Part shown: positions 34,805 to 49,200 of the stretch, piece after piece | Position numbering within the stretch: position 1 is the first letter of the stretch | Layout: every line of letters starts with the position of its first letter | Assembly (NCBI GenBank): GCA_002189035.1 | Contig: CM007990.1 | Span: 4,650,001 to 4,714,000, forward strand | Direction of reading: 5' to 3' | Source of the DNA: Utricularia gibba | Lineage: Eukaryota; Plantae; Magnoliophyta | DNA length: 64,000 nt | Notes under the pieces: generated by a model | Told to the model about the DNA's origin: nothing | Seen by the model: the letters and a program-made list of their open reading frames with translations, nothing else | The model's database searches: none | Translations under genes and position numbers: made by a program

Positions 34805-37800
34805 TCAATCCGAGCTGGAAGATGAATCTCCATTACAGCACTCATCACCAGCAGAATTTGGTGAGTTTTCTGGAGCGTTTTCTTCCAAGGAGCTTGTTCG
34901 AAGCCTTCCTGGTCTTGGTCGAATGTTAGTGCCCATAGGAAAGGGAACCTGTGAATCAGGATCATGGCGCAAGTAAGCAAACTATGGATTGTTCGTGCAC
35001 TTATTTTCATGGAACCATCTGTAATATGGAACTTTATCCTGATATAAATTTCAGTAGACTACAGCCAGGAGATGGTTTGAGCACATACCTGATCTCCTGC
35101 GTTAGGACCATCAGTGTGGAAGAGTATGGGACGGCATCTCTTGTCTTCATTCATCAAGCTTGAATTCTGGAAATGTGCAATCAGTGCAGCTTTTCCCTGT
35201 ATTCTAGCATATGCCAAAGATGCAACCTTTTCGCTGTTAAACTTCTCCCACTTTTTTCCATTGAATGTCTGGAAGGACAAGAATTACAGTTGGTGTGGTA
35301 ATAGATGGCAGTTACCATGAATGGAATCTTGCTTCATACCTTATGAAATGGAACTATCAGAGAAGGTTCAGTCATATTTATGAAGGCATAGCCAACATTG
35401 CACTTGTTCTGAAACACGGAGGAACCCAAAGCAATCAACATAGAAGCTACTTGCAACCAAATTGAATTCAGTAATCAAGAGATGAATAGGAAGGGGGGCT
35501 TGCCTTGAAGTCAATAGGCAGGTAAATGAAATCATAAGTCCCTTTGTGCCGCTCATCTATTGCAGCCAAAATCATCTTTGAAGTGTACCTAAGGATCACA
35601 GCAGTTTAGCCAGAGGCCGCAGTATGCTTACAGTAATGAGTCAGAAAAAACAGCTCCTGCATACTTGTTAGGAATGTTCTTTATCATGAGGGTTGTGCGT
35701 TTATCTTCTCCTCGGATAATCCGATCTAGATCAAGCTCAAACTGTTTCTTGTTGTCACCTTGGCTCAAGCTGCCTTCACTCCGGCGGTTCCTACTTCTTT
35801 CAGAGGGAGAATCAAGTGCACTCATCATAGGAAGGGTCTGCCCTCTTCCAGGAAAAAGCATGCACCTTTGATGATGTGCTTGTAATCCAATACCTTTGGA
35901 GGATAATGGCATATCCATACCATTTGCACAAGCACGAGGAAAGACATTGTGAGGAACAAAGTCCACCGGATGAGGCAAATTGCCTGATATTCTCATGTTC
36001 CCTAGTGAACCTGGATGAAACGCAGTAGCCTCTGGAGACTCTCCAGAGTAAGTATGACGTCGGTCCCAGATGTTCAGATTGACAGAGGGTGCTGATCCTA
36101 CATGCGGCACAACAGAGTTGATGATATGCGGAGCTCTAGGAACTGTATGCAGTTGTTGTGGATGAATAGCTCCGATGCCGTTGACATAAGAGGGAGAACT
36201 AGGCCACCTGATTCCTTGTGCTTGGGGGTGGCATGAACTATTCCAAATGTAATTACGGCCAGGAGGACAGTTTCCACTTGCAGGGGAACCAAAAGCTGGA
36301 TAAAGGAAGTGTGTTTAGTTAGCAGTAGCATAATTTAATGGTTCTCCCAAAGAAGAAGCACCATCAAAAGCTATTATTCACCTTGCAAGTCCAGTGGCTG
36401 CCCATTAACGCGACAGAACTGCTGGCCATCGATCATCTCTGATGGCTGGTAACTGAAGTTCACAGCTACATTACCAGGAGATCCGAAGTGACGACCATTT
36501 GGCAAGGTATTGTTATACTCGGGTAGAGAATGTGGATGGAAATCAGGTGATCTGTGGACCTCAAATTTCAGGTGGTTTCGCATATGACTATAATCGGAAA
36601 TACTAGATGGCTTTGTGGGCTCGGTTCTGAGAAGAGACGGCACACTGTGGGATACAGAAGATGATACCCCATGGTGAACATGTAGACCGCTAGAAACGCC
36701 GTTTGAGTTGGAGCCTACAATTTTTCCATAATGGAAATCAGACATGGTGATCCCAAGTGGAAGTGAGCCCAGAGTGGAATCCACACATAAGCCAAATTGA
36801 AACTAAGGAAATGAGGGCCATCTTGCTGGTAATGAATTAGTGATGTAGAATTACCAGAGGAAATATGCTGCTGCAACATGTTACCAGGCTCTTCCTTCTC
36901 CAGCTCCGACAGAAGCTGAGTGAATCTGTATGATCGGCACAGCAAAGTGGTACATAGAGCAGCATAAATCATTGAAAGGGCTTGCTGGAAGCATTGACAT
37001 ACAACAGAAAAAGGAAAAGGAGCTGAAGCTGATGTACCTTTTAGAGCCACCGGGTCCTACTGGTTCCAGCTTAATCTGCTTGCCACAAATTTCACTCCTT
37101 TTCAGGGCACGGAGGGCCGCTTCTGCAGCTCTAACATCATAGAACTCGACATATCTGTGATGAGACTGAGGAGCCTCGAGAATCTGCAAAAGGGAAACAA
37201 GAAAATTAGAATGTTGGCTCAGGTGCGAGCACAAACTTGCAGCGATCCAAGCTCACCTCCTTGACTTCACCGTACACACCAAAAACTCTAAGAAGGTCAT
37301 CATTCGAAACAGAAGAGTCAAGATTTAGAATTGCAAGAGTGCCTTGATTGATGTCCTTCTCTGAAGGATTCTCCTGAAAGGTACATAGAGATGTGAAAAG
37401 GAACTACAGAAAGCAATGAAGCAAGTGAAGCACAAACCAAAGGAAAGTCACCTTGGGAATTGAGAAATGTATATCGAGCTTCCTGTGCCTCAGTGGTTTA
37501 CCCTGGAGGGCCATCATTGCACTACATGCTGCTCTTATGTCATAGTATGAAATCATAACGAAGCCCTATGCTTGCATGCCGTATACAGGGTACGAATGGC
37601 TCCGTATTGCTACAGCAACGAGATCAACAATCACCAAAACGGATGCAAATGTGACTAAGGTATGATACCAATAACAAACAAATGCCGTATACAGGGTACA
37701 CAGTCACATGAGAATACCTCAAAAAGTGCAGTAAGTTCAGAATCTTCAACATTGCTGTTTATGTTCCTCACAAAAAGGGTTCTTGACGGATGCTCTCCTA

Positions 37801-38506
37801 GTGGATGTTCCCCACCACAAGAACCAAGAGAAAAGGTCAGCTTACTGTTTGGGTTTGAATCTGAGAGCTCAATGACCCCTTGTGAAAAGTCATCTTCTCC
37901 AAGTTCAAGCCCTCCAACATTGCTAAAAAAATCTAAGTCCTCTGTTTCTCCACCATCCTTTAGACCAGTTACGGTACCAAAACCATCAGTCACACCAGAA
38001 AAGAGCTCATCATCATCGGGAGAAGATTACCGATGGTTTGAGCCTCGAGTTCTTCAAGTGAACCAAAGCATTCATCATCATGTGAGAGAATCATGCCTTT
38101 GGCTGCAGTTGAATGGCAAAATACAGCATGATTTGAAGACATCTTCACTGTAAGAGAAAACACAGACACATGATGAACACACTGATGATACTACATGAGA
38201 TTATGTCGAAGACCATAGGCAAAGAGAAGGCATACAGTTTCTACTGAACACATCAGAGAGTGAGCTTGAAAAGAGACCATTTTCATGCTGAACACCCGTA
38301 ACACCGTTTTCACCACAGCCGGAAAGATATGGCACAGATTCTGTGTTTACACTCAGTCTTCTGGAGTTCAGATCATGATCGACACCGGCTGGCAAAGAAT
38401 GGCTGACCACCCTCTCTGCTCCAACAACATGCTCCATGAAGGAGACTTCACCATGAGAAACATATGATTCAGGGTGTCGAAAACCGTTGTTCATCTTCAG
38501 ATCCAT
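34805..38506 (-). CDS. MEI2-like (AML1/AML4 type) RRM RNA-binding protein, multi-exon; start approximate
   Basis: RRM1 GEHPSRTLFVRNINSNVED, RRM2 QGTLAILNLDSSVSNDDL...VEFYDVRAAEAAL, and RRM3 DKRTTLMIKNIPNKY...KVASLAYARIQGKAALIAHFQNSSLMNEDKRCRPILF. Stop at 34805-34807. 1-nt deletion at 38018-38020. Confidence 0.93.
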
Positions 38507-40065
38507 TTGGATTCCATCTCGGTAAGGCGACGAGGCAATCCCCTCCAACTTCAAACCTGTGAAACAACTTAGATGTTGGATGATGCTTGGGAAAACAGGA
38601 TCATGGCAGAGGGTTTGAAACTAAACGTCTCATTCAGATGGAACAACTGCACATTTATCTTGCTATTTGCTATAAGTAACATGCATCATGAGCTTCACTG
38701 CAGGAAGCCATCTCCCGAAAGGGTGATTACCAGAGAAACCGGCCATGTGGTCCATCTTCCTCACACCAACTTGCCCCTGCGAAGCAAGCAAACAAAAGGT
38801 CACATTCAAGTCACATGCCACACACGCCGGCATAGCATCCTACCTCCTCTGCAAAACGCACCTCTTCATGAAACACTGATGAAGAAGAAAAGCCTTGAGG
38901 GTTCTTCATTCGGATCACCCACACAGCACAGACATGGGAACCTCTAGCAGAACGGATGGAGGAGGAGGAGGGATCCGATCTCTGAGTAAACCTGCAGAGG
39001 ATACTGATACATGACATGGGTCCGAGATCACAGGAAGCTTAGAGAGAGAGGGAGTGAAGTCAAAACAAGCAAGCAAGGAAAAAGAGCCCATCAGAATCCC
39101 ACAATAATCTGTAAATTTGACTAACATTTCTCAAGGCAAAAACCCTAAATTCGCAACATAGAAGTTGCATTTAAGATCTTCACTGCTTCAAAGCATCATA
39201 AATAGTCTTGAAAAAGGAAGGGGTCAAAAACACGACAAGAAAAAAAAAACGGCCTTTTTCAGAAATCGCCGACCCCTGCGCATAGAATTCTTTTTAAAAT
39301 GGAGTAAGTAACCTCCACGAAGAAGAAATCCTACAGAATTACAGAGCAAATCCATACCAAAATCCAGCGTCGGATCACAGAACGTAGGCAACACAAAAGG
39401 TGTGAACTTTCGTCAAGAAACAAACAAGTAATCAGCAACATGAGAAACTGGCGAATCAATAGCCCAACTCACCTACTACAACCAGGTTAAACCGCCATAC
39501 GCGAGGGTCTTGGAAGAGAAACAACCATGAAGAGAAAAAGGGCCACGAGGAGCAAGAAGAAGATAAAGAAAACTAGAGAAAGCTGCCGAGGAGTGCAGAT
39601 GAAGAGAGCAGGAAATGAGAATTTAAAAACAATATGAAAAAGGAATAAATTGCGGCAAAAGGCAGGGATGAGGGAACTTGTAGAAGAGATCTAGCACCGT
39701 TGCCGTGCAATTAACCTCCTCCAAATCTTCTTCGATACCTTTCTCTCTCTCTTCATTTTAGCTCAACTGTTTTTTCCTACATTGCACGTTAACAGCGTGG
39801 ATCAACCATTCCCTCCTCTTGTTCCCTGGTAAAAAACTTGCCCTTCTCCAAATTCCTCGAGTTGGGTGTCTCCTCAAGCCACCCCTATTCCCATCGGAAC
39901 AGTTTCCGGTCAGCCACGGCGGAGGTCCTGGTCTCCACCGCTCACCTCTCCAAAACTGAACCCCACACGGAAGAAGGTAAAAAAAGGACAATACCCAAGT
40001 GGAGAAAATAAAAGAAGAGATTGAGAAAGGGCGGTTGGGAGAAGAAGAGAAAATTGACAGAAATT

Positions 40066-40092
40066 GAAGAAGAAGAAGAAGAAGAAGAAGAA
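40066..40092. repeat. (GAA)9 microsatellite in the pyrimidine-rich upstream/leader region of the MEI2-like gene
   Basis: Nine perfect GAA units counted directly. Confidence 0.9.
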
Positions 40093-42923
40093 GAGAAACA
40101 ACAGATTTGGACAAGCAAGAGAGAGATCAAGGATCTGTAATGAAATGCAATTTTTTTTCTTTTTTTTTTATATTACTTTCTTTCACTTTCCAAACTCATT
40201 TTCAATTATTTTTTTAACAATTTCAAATACTCCCATCAGAGGCCCCAATCTCCTGTAACGCAAGTCCAGCATAAGAGCAAGAGTCTCTCCAATCCCCCAA
40301 TCCTCTATTGCTTCAAGAATACATAACTTGATTAGGTTAAATTACACAATTAACAATGGAGTTGGTGGGCATCTACAATTACACTTAGTCTCCTCTACAT
40401 CTCCAAAATCATTTTAATAAAGTCAAACTTATATTTTTAAGAAATATTTTTAAATTTCTCTTATTTTTGAAACATTTATCTTTCATAACAAAATTATTTT
40501 CTCATCATTATTCTAAACATATGCTCAGTCACATAAATCATTTTGGATACATAATCATTCTAAATAAAATTATCTTTAATTATTCATGTCAAAAATCAAA
40601 AATAATTTGAACAAAAAAAAAATGAGCATGACGATGTCCAATGTCAGCGGATGCATTGGATTTGGACAATTGAGTGTACGGTATTTGTGGAATATTGCAT
40701 CATCATTATTACGTAATAATTGTATGAATATTTCATTGATATTTTGACATAAATATGGGATTTAATTATGTAATAACAGCTCCAAATTTTCCACGTGTAG
40801 TTTTACAAGTTACTTATAAATAACGAATTTTCTAAATAATTTGAAAATTATAAAAATTATGGGATTCTATTTCTTTAAAAATATTTTGAAAAAATGATTT
40901 TCAAGGAATATATTGATACTCTTTTTTATTTATAAAAATATTTGTATTTCAGAAAATAACTTTAACTCAAGAACGTCAATTAGAAGAGTTACTATAGGGA
41001 TTTTTTCTCATCATTAATGTGGTTTTGTGAATAATTTTTTTTATTATATTAAGTATTTTATTTTTTAAAAAATCTTATTATATTTAATTTTATAAGTAGA
41101 ATTTGGAAAAATAAAATAAATAGAACACAATAAGTATATGTTTTTTTTTTTCATTACTACCCTAACTAAGAAAGTATCTCTCATCTTTCAAAAATCATTA
41201 ATATTGAGAATGATGCTTTTAGGGATGGCATCATTATCTTCTTGTATTTTCATCAAAATAAAATTAATAATTTATTATTACATATTATTACATTTTTTAA
41301 ATCCCACATGCATGTAAGAAAATTTACTCAAATGGCTTGAGTAAATACATAAATGTCCCCATTTGATTGTGCAGTTTGAATGGATAAGAATATTTAATTT
41401 GATTGTTTAATACATGTGTTTGTTTCTCTTAGTTATTTAAATTTGAGATTTTTCCCATCTATACAACATAAAATTAAGCCCATGGGTTTACAAGGAATTG
41501 TTATAGCATATAATATTTATTAGGTATTTCTTCTTATAAAATTGAAATTATTTTTAAAAATTATTTTTTATAGAAAAAATCAATTCTACGAAAATAAAAT
41601 TGACTTAAACATAATGAGGCATCCAATGAAATGGGGACATAATAAGGGAGTCAATTTTATTTGGAGGTTTCATTAACCCTAATCCCATTGATTTAAGTGG
41701 GTAATTAACTCACTCCACACGAGTACACCGTCGTAGTAATTAAGCTAATAAGTGTAGGTCAGACGGGGGTTTTAAAATTATTTAATCTCCAATTGCGACC
41801 GAATATTAATGCCCTGTCCCCATCTTCCTTTTCCGATCAACCGGTGCCCGATTCCGAGAAGCGCCACCGGGTAATCCATCGGAAAACTGATTGTCTTCTT
41901 GTTATTCTGATACATAAAATTGATCGATTTTAAAGGCTGACTGGATGGGTACATTTACCGTATGGCCCCCGGCGCTAGATGCTGGTTTCTGGTTCGGTTG
42001 CTATCGGGTGGCTGGAAATTACGAAAAGGGGTCTGGGCTGTTTAATTATTCGGTGTGGGCCCACCCTCCAACACCGCGGAATCTGTTGCCCGCCCCTTGA
42101 TGGGTTCAGGAGTTTTTTATTTTTATTTTTATTTTGGAGGCTGGTAATATTTTTTTAAAAAAATATTCTGCCTTTTACTAAAAAAAGAAAAAAACCTACG
42201 GATTTCTTTTTTTAGATTGTGGGTCCCATTCCGCCTTCTATTGGGCCGTCTCGGGTTGTTTGTTAAATGGGCTGGATGTCGGGTTTCTCGGGCCCATGGA
42301 GGGGCGAAGGAAAGACGGGCGGATCCGGTGGAGTTCATATCTTCCTCCCTATTTCCCTGGTCAATCCGAAAGCCGCCGGCCTCCCGGCGGTCAATAAAGA
42401 GCAGATGCGGAGGAGGGGGGAGTCTGAGATGCCGCCAATCAGTTTTGATGGTGGCGTTAATTGCAGTACTTGGCCTATGGCCAAGTTGGGGGAGGAGATT
42501 AATCACGGATTAGGAGAGATACTACTAGTTAATTAAGGGGTATACTCATACGTTTGGTGGACAACCCAATAGGCAGAGATAAGCCTAATCCCCCTAACCC
42601 AACAATCAACGTCGCAGCTACAAAATCAAACCTTTATTGTGTAGTTAACCCCTTCAAGGGAATCGTCTTCTTTGTTTTGAAGGGGTTCCTCTTCAATTTC
42701 GGTGGTCCATGGATTTCTCAAGGTCCACTCCGGTTCAAAAATACCTTCTTTCAGGGAAGAGGAAGGTTTGATTAGCAGAGTCTCCCCCTCCTCCTCCGCC
42801 TCTTACTCGTTTTTGCGTTTCTGGAGGGGAGGGGAAAGGAAACGGCGTTTGTGTGGTGTGGTGGCCTGTCCACGTGATGGGGTGTTTTTTGATGGTAGTA
42901 TAAAGGGCACGTGAAGAGAGGGA

Positions 42924-44416
42924 ATGCTATTTGATACGGTGAACTTGGGAGAGGGCCCAGTTGACGGACGTCAGACGTCGGGAAATGGGGACGACGGCGG
43001 CAAGGCGTCACGGCTGCCGCGGTGGACGCGGCAAGAAATCCTGGTGCTGATACAAGGGAAAAGGGCGGCGGAGGGTCGTGTGAGGAGAGGTCCGGGATCG
43101 CGTTCGTCTTTGGGTCCTTCTCATGTCCAGCCCAAGTGGGCGTCGGTTTCATCCTACTGTAAAAGACACGGCGTCAATCGGGGTCCAGTGCAGTGTCGGA
43201 AGAGATGGAGTAACTTGGCTGGGGATTTCAAGAAGATCAAGGAGTGGGAATCTAAGATTAAGATGGAGACGGAGTCGTTTTGGGTCATGAGGAACGATTT
43301 GAGAAGAGAAAGGAAACTCCCAGGCTTTTTTGATCGGGAGGTTTACGATATTCTCTGCGGCAATAAAGTAGCCGCCGATGATAGCGAGGAACATCTCGAT
43401 ACCGGAAGTCGATTAGCGCTTGCTCCGCTAGAAGATGTTGATTCGGAGAGCCACGACGAGGGTGTACCGGAGATGTTATTCGACAGCGGCCGGAGCGCCG
43501 CTGTGGATGATGCCCTTTTTTCCGACCTCGGGGAGGCTGGTCGGAGCTCCGGTAAAAGGAAAGAGACGCTTCATGATATACCTGCCCCAGCTCCGATATC
43601 AGGTGATGATGGATGGGTTCAGGCAATTTGGACTTACTAGCAAGATAAGACCTGAGTTCGGCTATTTGATTCCTCTTTAAGGCTCTAGTTTCATTACTGA
43701 CCAAGGTAGGAATACGTCTATTCTCTCCAGCCTTTCCCAAACAAAAGTAAAAGCTTGAAATCCTCAACGTTTTCTGTAGTGCGATCATCTTCACCGGTGA
43801 ATGCGTATCTGTGCAATGACCCTTTTGAGTCGACAAACAGTTCGGTTTATTGGTTCTCCACTTAACCTCTTATCAGCATGCCATTTGTTTTCTTGCAGTT
43901 TCTGAGAAGCATTATCAGTCTGATCCCCATGATCCTACCCAGGAAGGTACTTCCTTTGCATTCTGCATCACTTCCACAGCATTTCAACGCTCAACAGAGT
44001 AAAATTCCATGTAAATTTGTCTATGAAATGGTCTGCATTTTGTATGACGTCAGACAGGAGCTGAATTCTAGTATCTGCACACAGTCTCTTTCGTTGATTC
44101 TCCCCAACAATCTGTTGTAGGAACACATGCCGAGAAAGAAAGCAGGCCAGAGACGGAAGCTGGGGAGCCTGAAGAGGGGAAGAAAAGAATGCGATACGAT
44201 GAAGTGGATGATGAAAGAGGACCAGCAAGTGGTAGCATTGAGCAGCAGCTGGTCGCGGCTCTAGAGAAAAACGGCAGAATATTGAGTTCACAACTTGAAG
44301 CACAAAACACCCATCTTCAGCTGGACAGGGAGCAACGCGATCAACACGTTAACAGCTTGTTGGCAGTTCTGAATAAGCTTGCTGATGCCTTGGGTAGAAT
44401 CGCTGAGAAGTTGTAG
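42924..44416 (+). CDS. ASR3: Trihelix transcription factor ASR3-like; exons 42924-43602, 43899-43946, 44121-44416
   Basis: Myb/SANT trihelix LPRWTRQEILVLIQGK...KWASVSSYCKRHGVNRGPVQCRKRWSNLAGDFKKIKEWE, and C-terminal coiled coil QLEAQNTHLQLDREQR...LNKLADALGRIAEKL. Confidence 0.92.
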
Positions 44417-46200
44417 CCGGAGGGAGAAACACTTCTGGGCGTGTACAAAGGAATCACTTTAATCACAGAGTACAGAATCCAAAAGTTTTCGTATAGGCGA
44501 GGAGGAGGAGGATCACATGTCGTTCCTTGGCATTTTTCTGAAATAAAACCAGCGCCTCTGCCGCTGCTGTGTACATGTGACTTGTTGCAATTTTGTCCCA
44601 TCTTTAAACAATCCAATCCAGCCATAATTCGGAGGACCCAGCCGTTAAAAATGGCGTTTTCTGGCGTCGTTGTCTCAGCAGCCCAGGTTTCTTCCATTTG
44701 CCGTCAAAACCTCGTGGGGGATTGCCCTGAATTTCACTCTGCTCCTCGGGAAGTCGCTTTCCATTTCGATGCCAGGACCCCCACACAGCCTGCATCTTCG
44801 AATCAGAGATCAGGCACCCGGTTCCACCTCCACATCGCAACGACCTTGAGGGTGAACGAATACGAGCGCCATAGGAACAAACTGCACTTTCCTTTCATCA
44901 TTTACGAATCAGTGAACGCCATTGCTTCTCGTCGCGACAATGCGATTTGAATTAGGGTCGTAAAGGCAGCTCGAAAGGTTTTGAAAACGGGTAAAAGAAA
45001 AAGAAGCAGCAACAGCATCGCTGTCGTCAAAGTTTGCAGCCCTACACGCCACACCCCCTGCCTTTCTTCTTCTTCCTCAAAGTTTTCAAGTTTACATCTC
45101 TGTCCTCAAATTTGTGGATATTTAGAAATCTGACCACACCTTATTACTCTATGACAAATCTGTCAATCCTTAGTGTATTTTTTTTAATGTTGTGTGTAAG
45201 AGAATGTTAAAGTTGCTAGATTTGTAAATGATCTCAAGTTTTGAAAGCTATAATAAAAGGTTTTTTTTTTCTTGAAAATTTAACTTTGTATAATATGTTT
45301 TAAAATTTTGTTTGTAATTTGATTTAATAATTAATTTATCACATAAAATAATATATCTAGAAATGGAAGTATATCAATATACTTATTATATGTTAAAAAT
45401 TTCTGATTCAGATTATATATAATATAATAAACTTTGAGATTATTTGAATATAACTATTTTTATATGGGTATTTGTGTTTATTTTTGAAATATAAATAAAA
45501 GAGTTAATAATGATGAAGAGGAGTATGGTGTGGGGACGTGGCATGACATTATGGGACACAAAAGGCGGGGTCGGGGGAATAAAGGGATTGTCTTATCTTA
45601 ATTTCTTGATTAAATAAAAAAGAAATATGTAAAAAAATACAAATGCATATAAACAAAGACTTGTGACGTCATAATTATGACTTTACTGGTCGAAAGAAAT
45701 GAATCAAATAATAAATAATTGCACGCCAGAAAATATGCCTCGGCCTGTTCCAACAATAAAACTCATCTCCATGAGTATTACTTGGAGCAACGAGCGGAAA
45801 TCCTCCTCCCTCTTTCTGGCTGTCCACTTGCTGTCACACTTCTCTTCACTTTCAAGCTAGGGTTTGGATTCCAATGAGTTCCGTTTCTGTTTAGCTTTTC
45901 TCGTATTTGCTGCATTTTCGTACCCCCTGCCTGCCTGGCTTGGCGTTGAACGGGGAACTGAAAATGGAACAAATGAAAGGGGAGAGGAGAGGGGGACACA
46001 TTTTGTGTTGAGATAAAGGAGAAAAAGGGAAGGAAACCCATCTCAGATCCTCGATTATTTATTTGAAGCTGGAGTTGGGTCGGGGGATTCTAAGATCAGG
46101 GAGCAAAGGAAAATGGGTTTGAGATTGGAGAGGAAAGATCAGTTCTTTAGTTGGTAATTAATAGTTGTCAGGTGGGGGAAGAGCTATTTGTCCTGCAAGC

Positions 46201-49200
46201 ATGCAGTTTCCTCAGCTTGATGACTCGCCGATGTTCCGTAAACAGGTTGGTTGTATGCTGTCTTTTTTCTTTAACCAGTCTTCTCTGCATTTCAAGAGAT
46301 GAGCAGGGTGGCCTGTGTCGGTAGTCAGGATGGGGGTCTCTTTAGCTACTATGTTTTTCCTGCTCTATTATATAGGCTAGTCAGTGCCTTGAGACCTATT
46401 GTATAATGCCGCAAATTATGCTGTTTGTGAGACTTGATAGTGTCAACAGGTAACCGATTGCCTAAATTATGAGGTAATACAAAAGAGTTGAGTTTTTCTT
46501 GTCCATTTATATGAAGGAAAAGTTATGAATTCTTTTGAGAAGACGCACTGCTGTGAATTTCTGGATCGCAAACCACGAATTCTTGTAACATAAAAAAAAA
46601 AAAATGAATCTCGTTTTTCCTGTTATTATGTTTTTCAAGGCTTTGGGATGTTGGATCGTGAATGCTCAAGTTTCCTTGGATGAAGTGCTGCATTTTTTGA
46701 ACTCAATTTCGTATCTTTGGTTTCTAGCCTTATGCAGCCACGTTAGTGGTCCATCTTTCATTGCTATTTCTGTGAATAGATTCAAACGTTGGAGGAGAGT
46801 TCGGAAACATTGGGTGAGAGATGCCTGAAGTTCTACAAAGGATGTCGAAAATACACGTGAGTTGTCAATGCCTTGATTTTTATTACGCACAAAGACCCAG
46901 TATCTCTGTTCAATCATACTGTTCATCTCAGTGAAGGGCTTGGTGAGGGATATGATGCGGATATAGCCTTTGCTAGTGCTCTGGAAACTTTTGGTGGAGG
47001 TCACAATGACCCCATCAGTGTTGCCTTTGGAGGTATACACCCCATTTCACCAAGAATCAACTTTTAGCAGTATCTTGTAGTAGTTTCCCTGCAATTATTT
47101 GAATTCTGGTTTCTATAGGCCCGGTTATGACAAAATTCACTATTGCATTGCGGGAAATCGGAACTTATAAAGAAGTTCTTCGATCTCAGGTGGACTCATC
47201 AATTAGTGCCTTCTTGATATACTTGTGTAATAGTTTACTCCACATCGACTGGAAACCCATTTTGCCATCTGTAACATTGATGCTAAAAGAATGTAACTTT
47301 TCTACTGAACATTGATGCTTTATGATATTTTCCTCTGGTATTCTAGTTTATTTTCTTTATGCTGACCATGCTAGGGTATGCAAAAATGAGATTTACCTGA
47401 AAACTATATGTCACTGCAAATATGTGTATTTCTCCCTCCCCCCAGGTTGAGCAGACATTAAATGAAAGATTGTTGCAGTTTGTGAACTTGGATGTGCATG
47501 ATGTTAAGGTAAACTACGTATAGCTTTGTTCAACACTAGTCATATGATACACCTTTTTTTCTGATCAAAAAGAGATATTATCTGGGCCGTTTATTTTAAG
47601 GTTATACATTTTTGCTTCTTTTTCGTGTCTTTTTTCGTTCATGTACATAGACTGATGGATCATCCATATTTTCACATTTCCCTAACTATGCAGGAGGCCC
47701 GGAAGCGATTTGAAAAAGCTAGTGTTCTTTATGACCAGGTATAAAAGTTATTCTTTCGCTAATCAACAAAACTGAATCAACCGATTATGCACATTGCATA
47801 TTGTTTGATGAGCGCAAAAGATGCAATAGTGATAGTTGAATTCACGACAGGCTCGTGAGAGATTTTTGTCACTGAGGATAGGAACGAGAAGCAATGTAGC
47901 AAGTGCTGTTGAAGAGGTAAATATGAAGCCTGGAGTACTGTGTTCAAGCCATGAGCTATATAACTAACAATGTCTGGTGATGTTTTTAGGAGCTTCACCA
48001 AGCCCGGTCAACTTTTGAGCAGGCGAGATTTAATCTAGTAAGATTTCAGATTCTTTATTGCCATGTCTTTTGGTTAGTTGGAAGGAGCTAGAATGTATCC
48101 AGAGATGCTTGGTCACAGGTAACTGCTCTTTCAAATGTTGAAGCAAAGAAAAGGTTTGAGTTCCTAGAGGCAGTAAGCGAAACAATGGAAGCTCATCTTC
48201 GTTATTTCAAGCAGGTAAATGTGGTACCACAGAGCCTTGGTTTGTGTCACAATTTTGCACCTCATTTATCTGTTGGTTATGTGTAGGGGTATGAGCTGTT
48301 GAATCAGATGGAACCTTACATTAACCAGGTTTGGCACACTTTCCATGTTTTCTCTCTTAAAAAAAAAAACCCCATTGGCGTTGTGAAGATGTGCCCATGT
48401 GAGGGAAGACTTTACAAATAGTGATATACCATTATATGCTGTAGGTCTCAACATATGCAAAGCAATCAAAGGAGCGATCAGAATATGAGATGGCTGCGCT
48501 TAATGAGAGAATGCAAGAATATAAAAGACAGATAGATAGGGAAAGCAGGATGTCTTTGAATGGTTCCAATGGATCTCCAAATGGAGATGGAATACAGGCA
48601 ATTGGGCGGAGTTCGCATAAAATGATTGAGGCGGTCATGCAATCTGCAGCAAAAGGAAAGGTGGGAGGAGTTCATATAAGATCTTAAATGACCCACAAGT
48701 TTCTCTGCCAAAGTTACTATTCCATTTCAGTGCTTCTATTCATATCTAGCGGTTCTCAGGTTCAAACAATCAGACAAGGCTATCTTTCAAAACGTTCCTC
48801 CAACCTGAGAGGTGATTGGAAGCGAAGGTTCTTTGTTCTTGATAGCAGAGGAATGTTGTACTATTATAGAAAAAGAAGCAGCAAAAGTGTGAGTTGATAT
48901 TTTAACTATATGCTGGTAAGAAGTAAAATCAAAAGTCCTTAGCCTGCAAGTTTATGTGATGCAGGGTTCAGGCACTCAGCTTTCCAGTCAAAGAAATAGT
49001 TCAGAATTGGGTTCTAGTTTGCTCAGTCGGTGGTTGTCATCTCACACTCATGGTGGGGTGTTCATGATGAGAAATCAGTTGCTCATCATACCGTGAACCT
49101 GCTGACCTCTACCATAAAAGTTGATGCTGACCAATCAGAATTAAGATTTTGCTTCCGTATTATATCCCCAACAAAGAATTATACTTTGCAGGTTCCCTTT

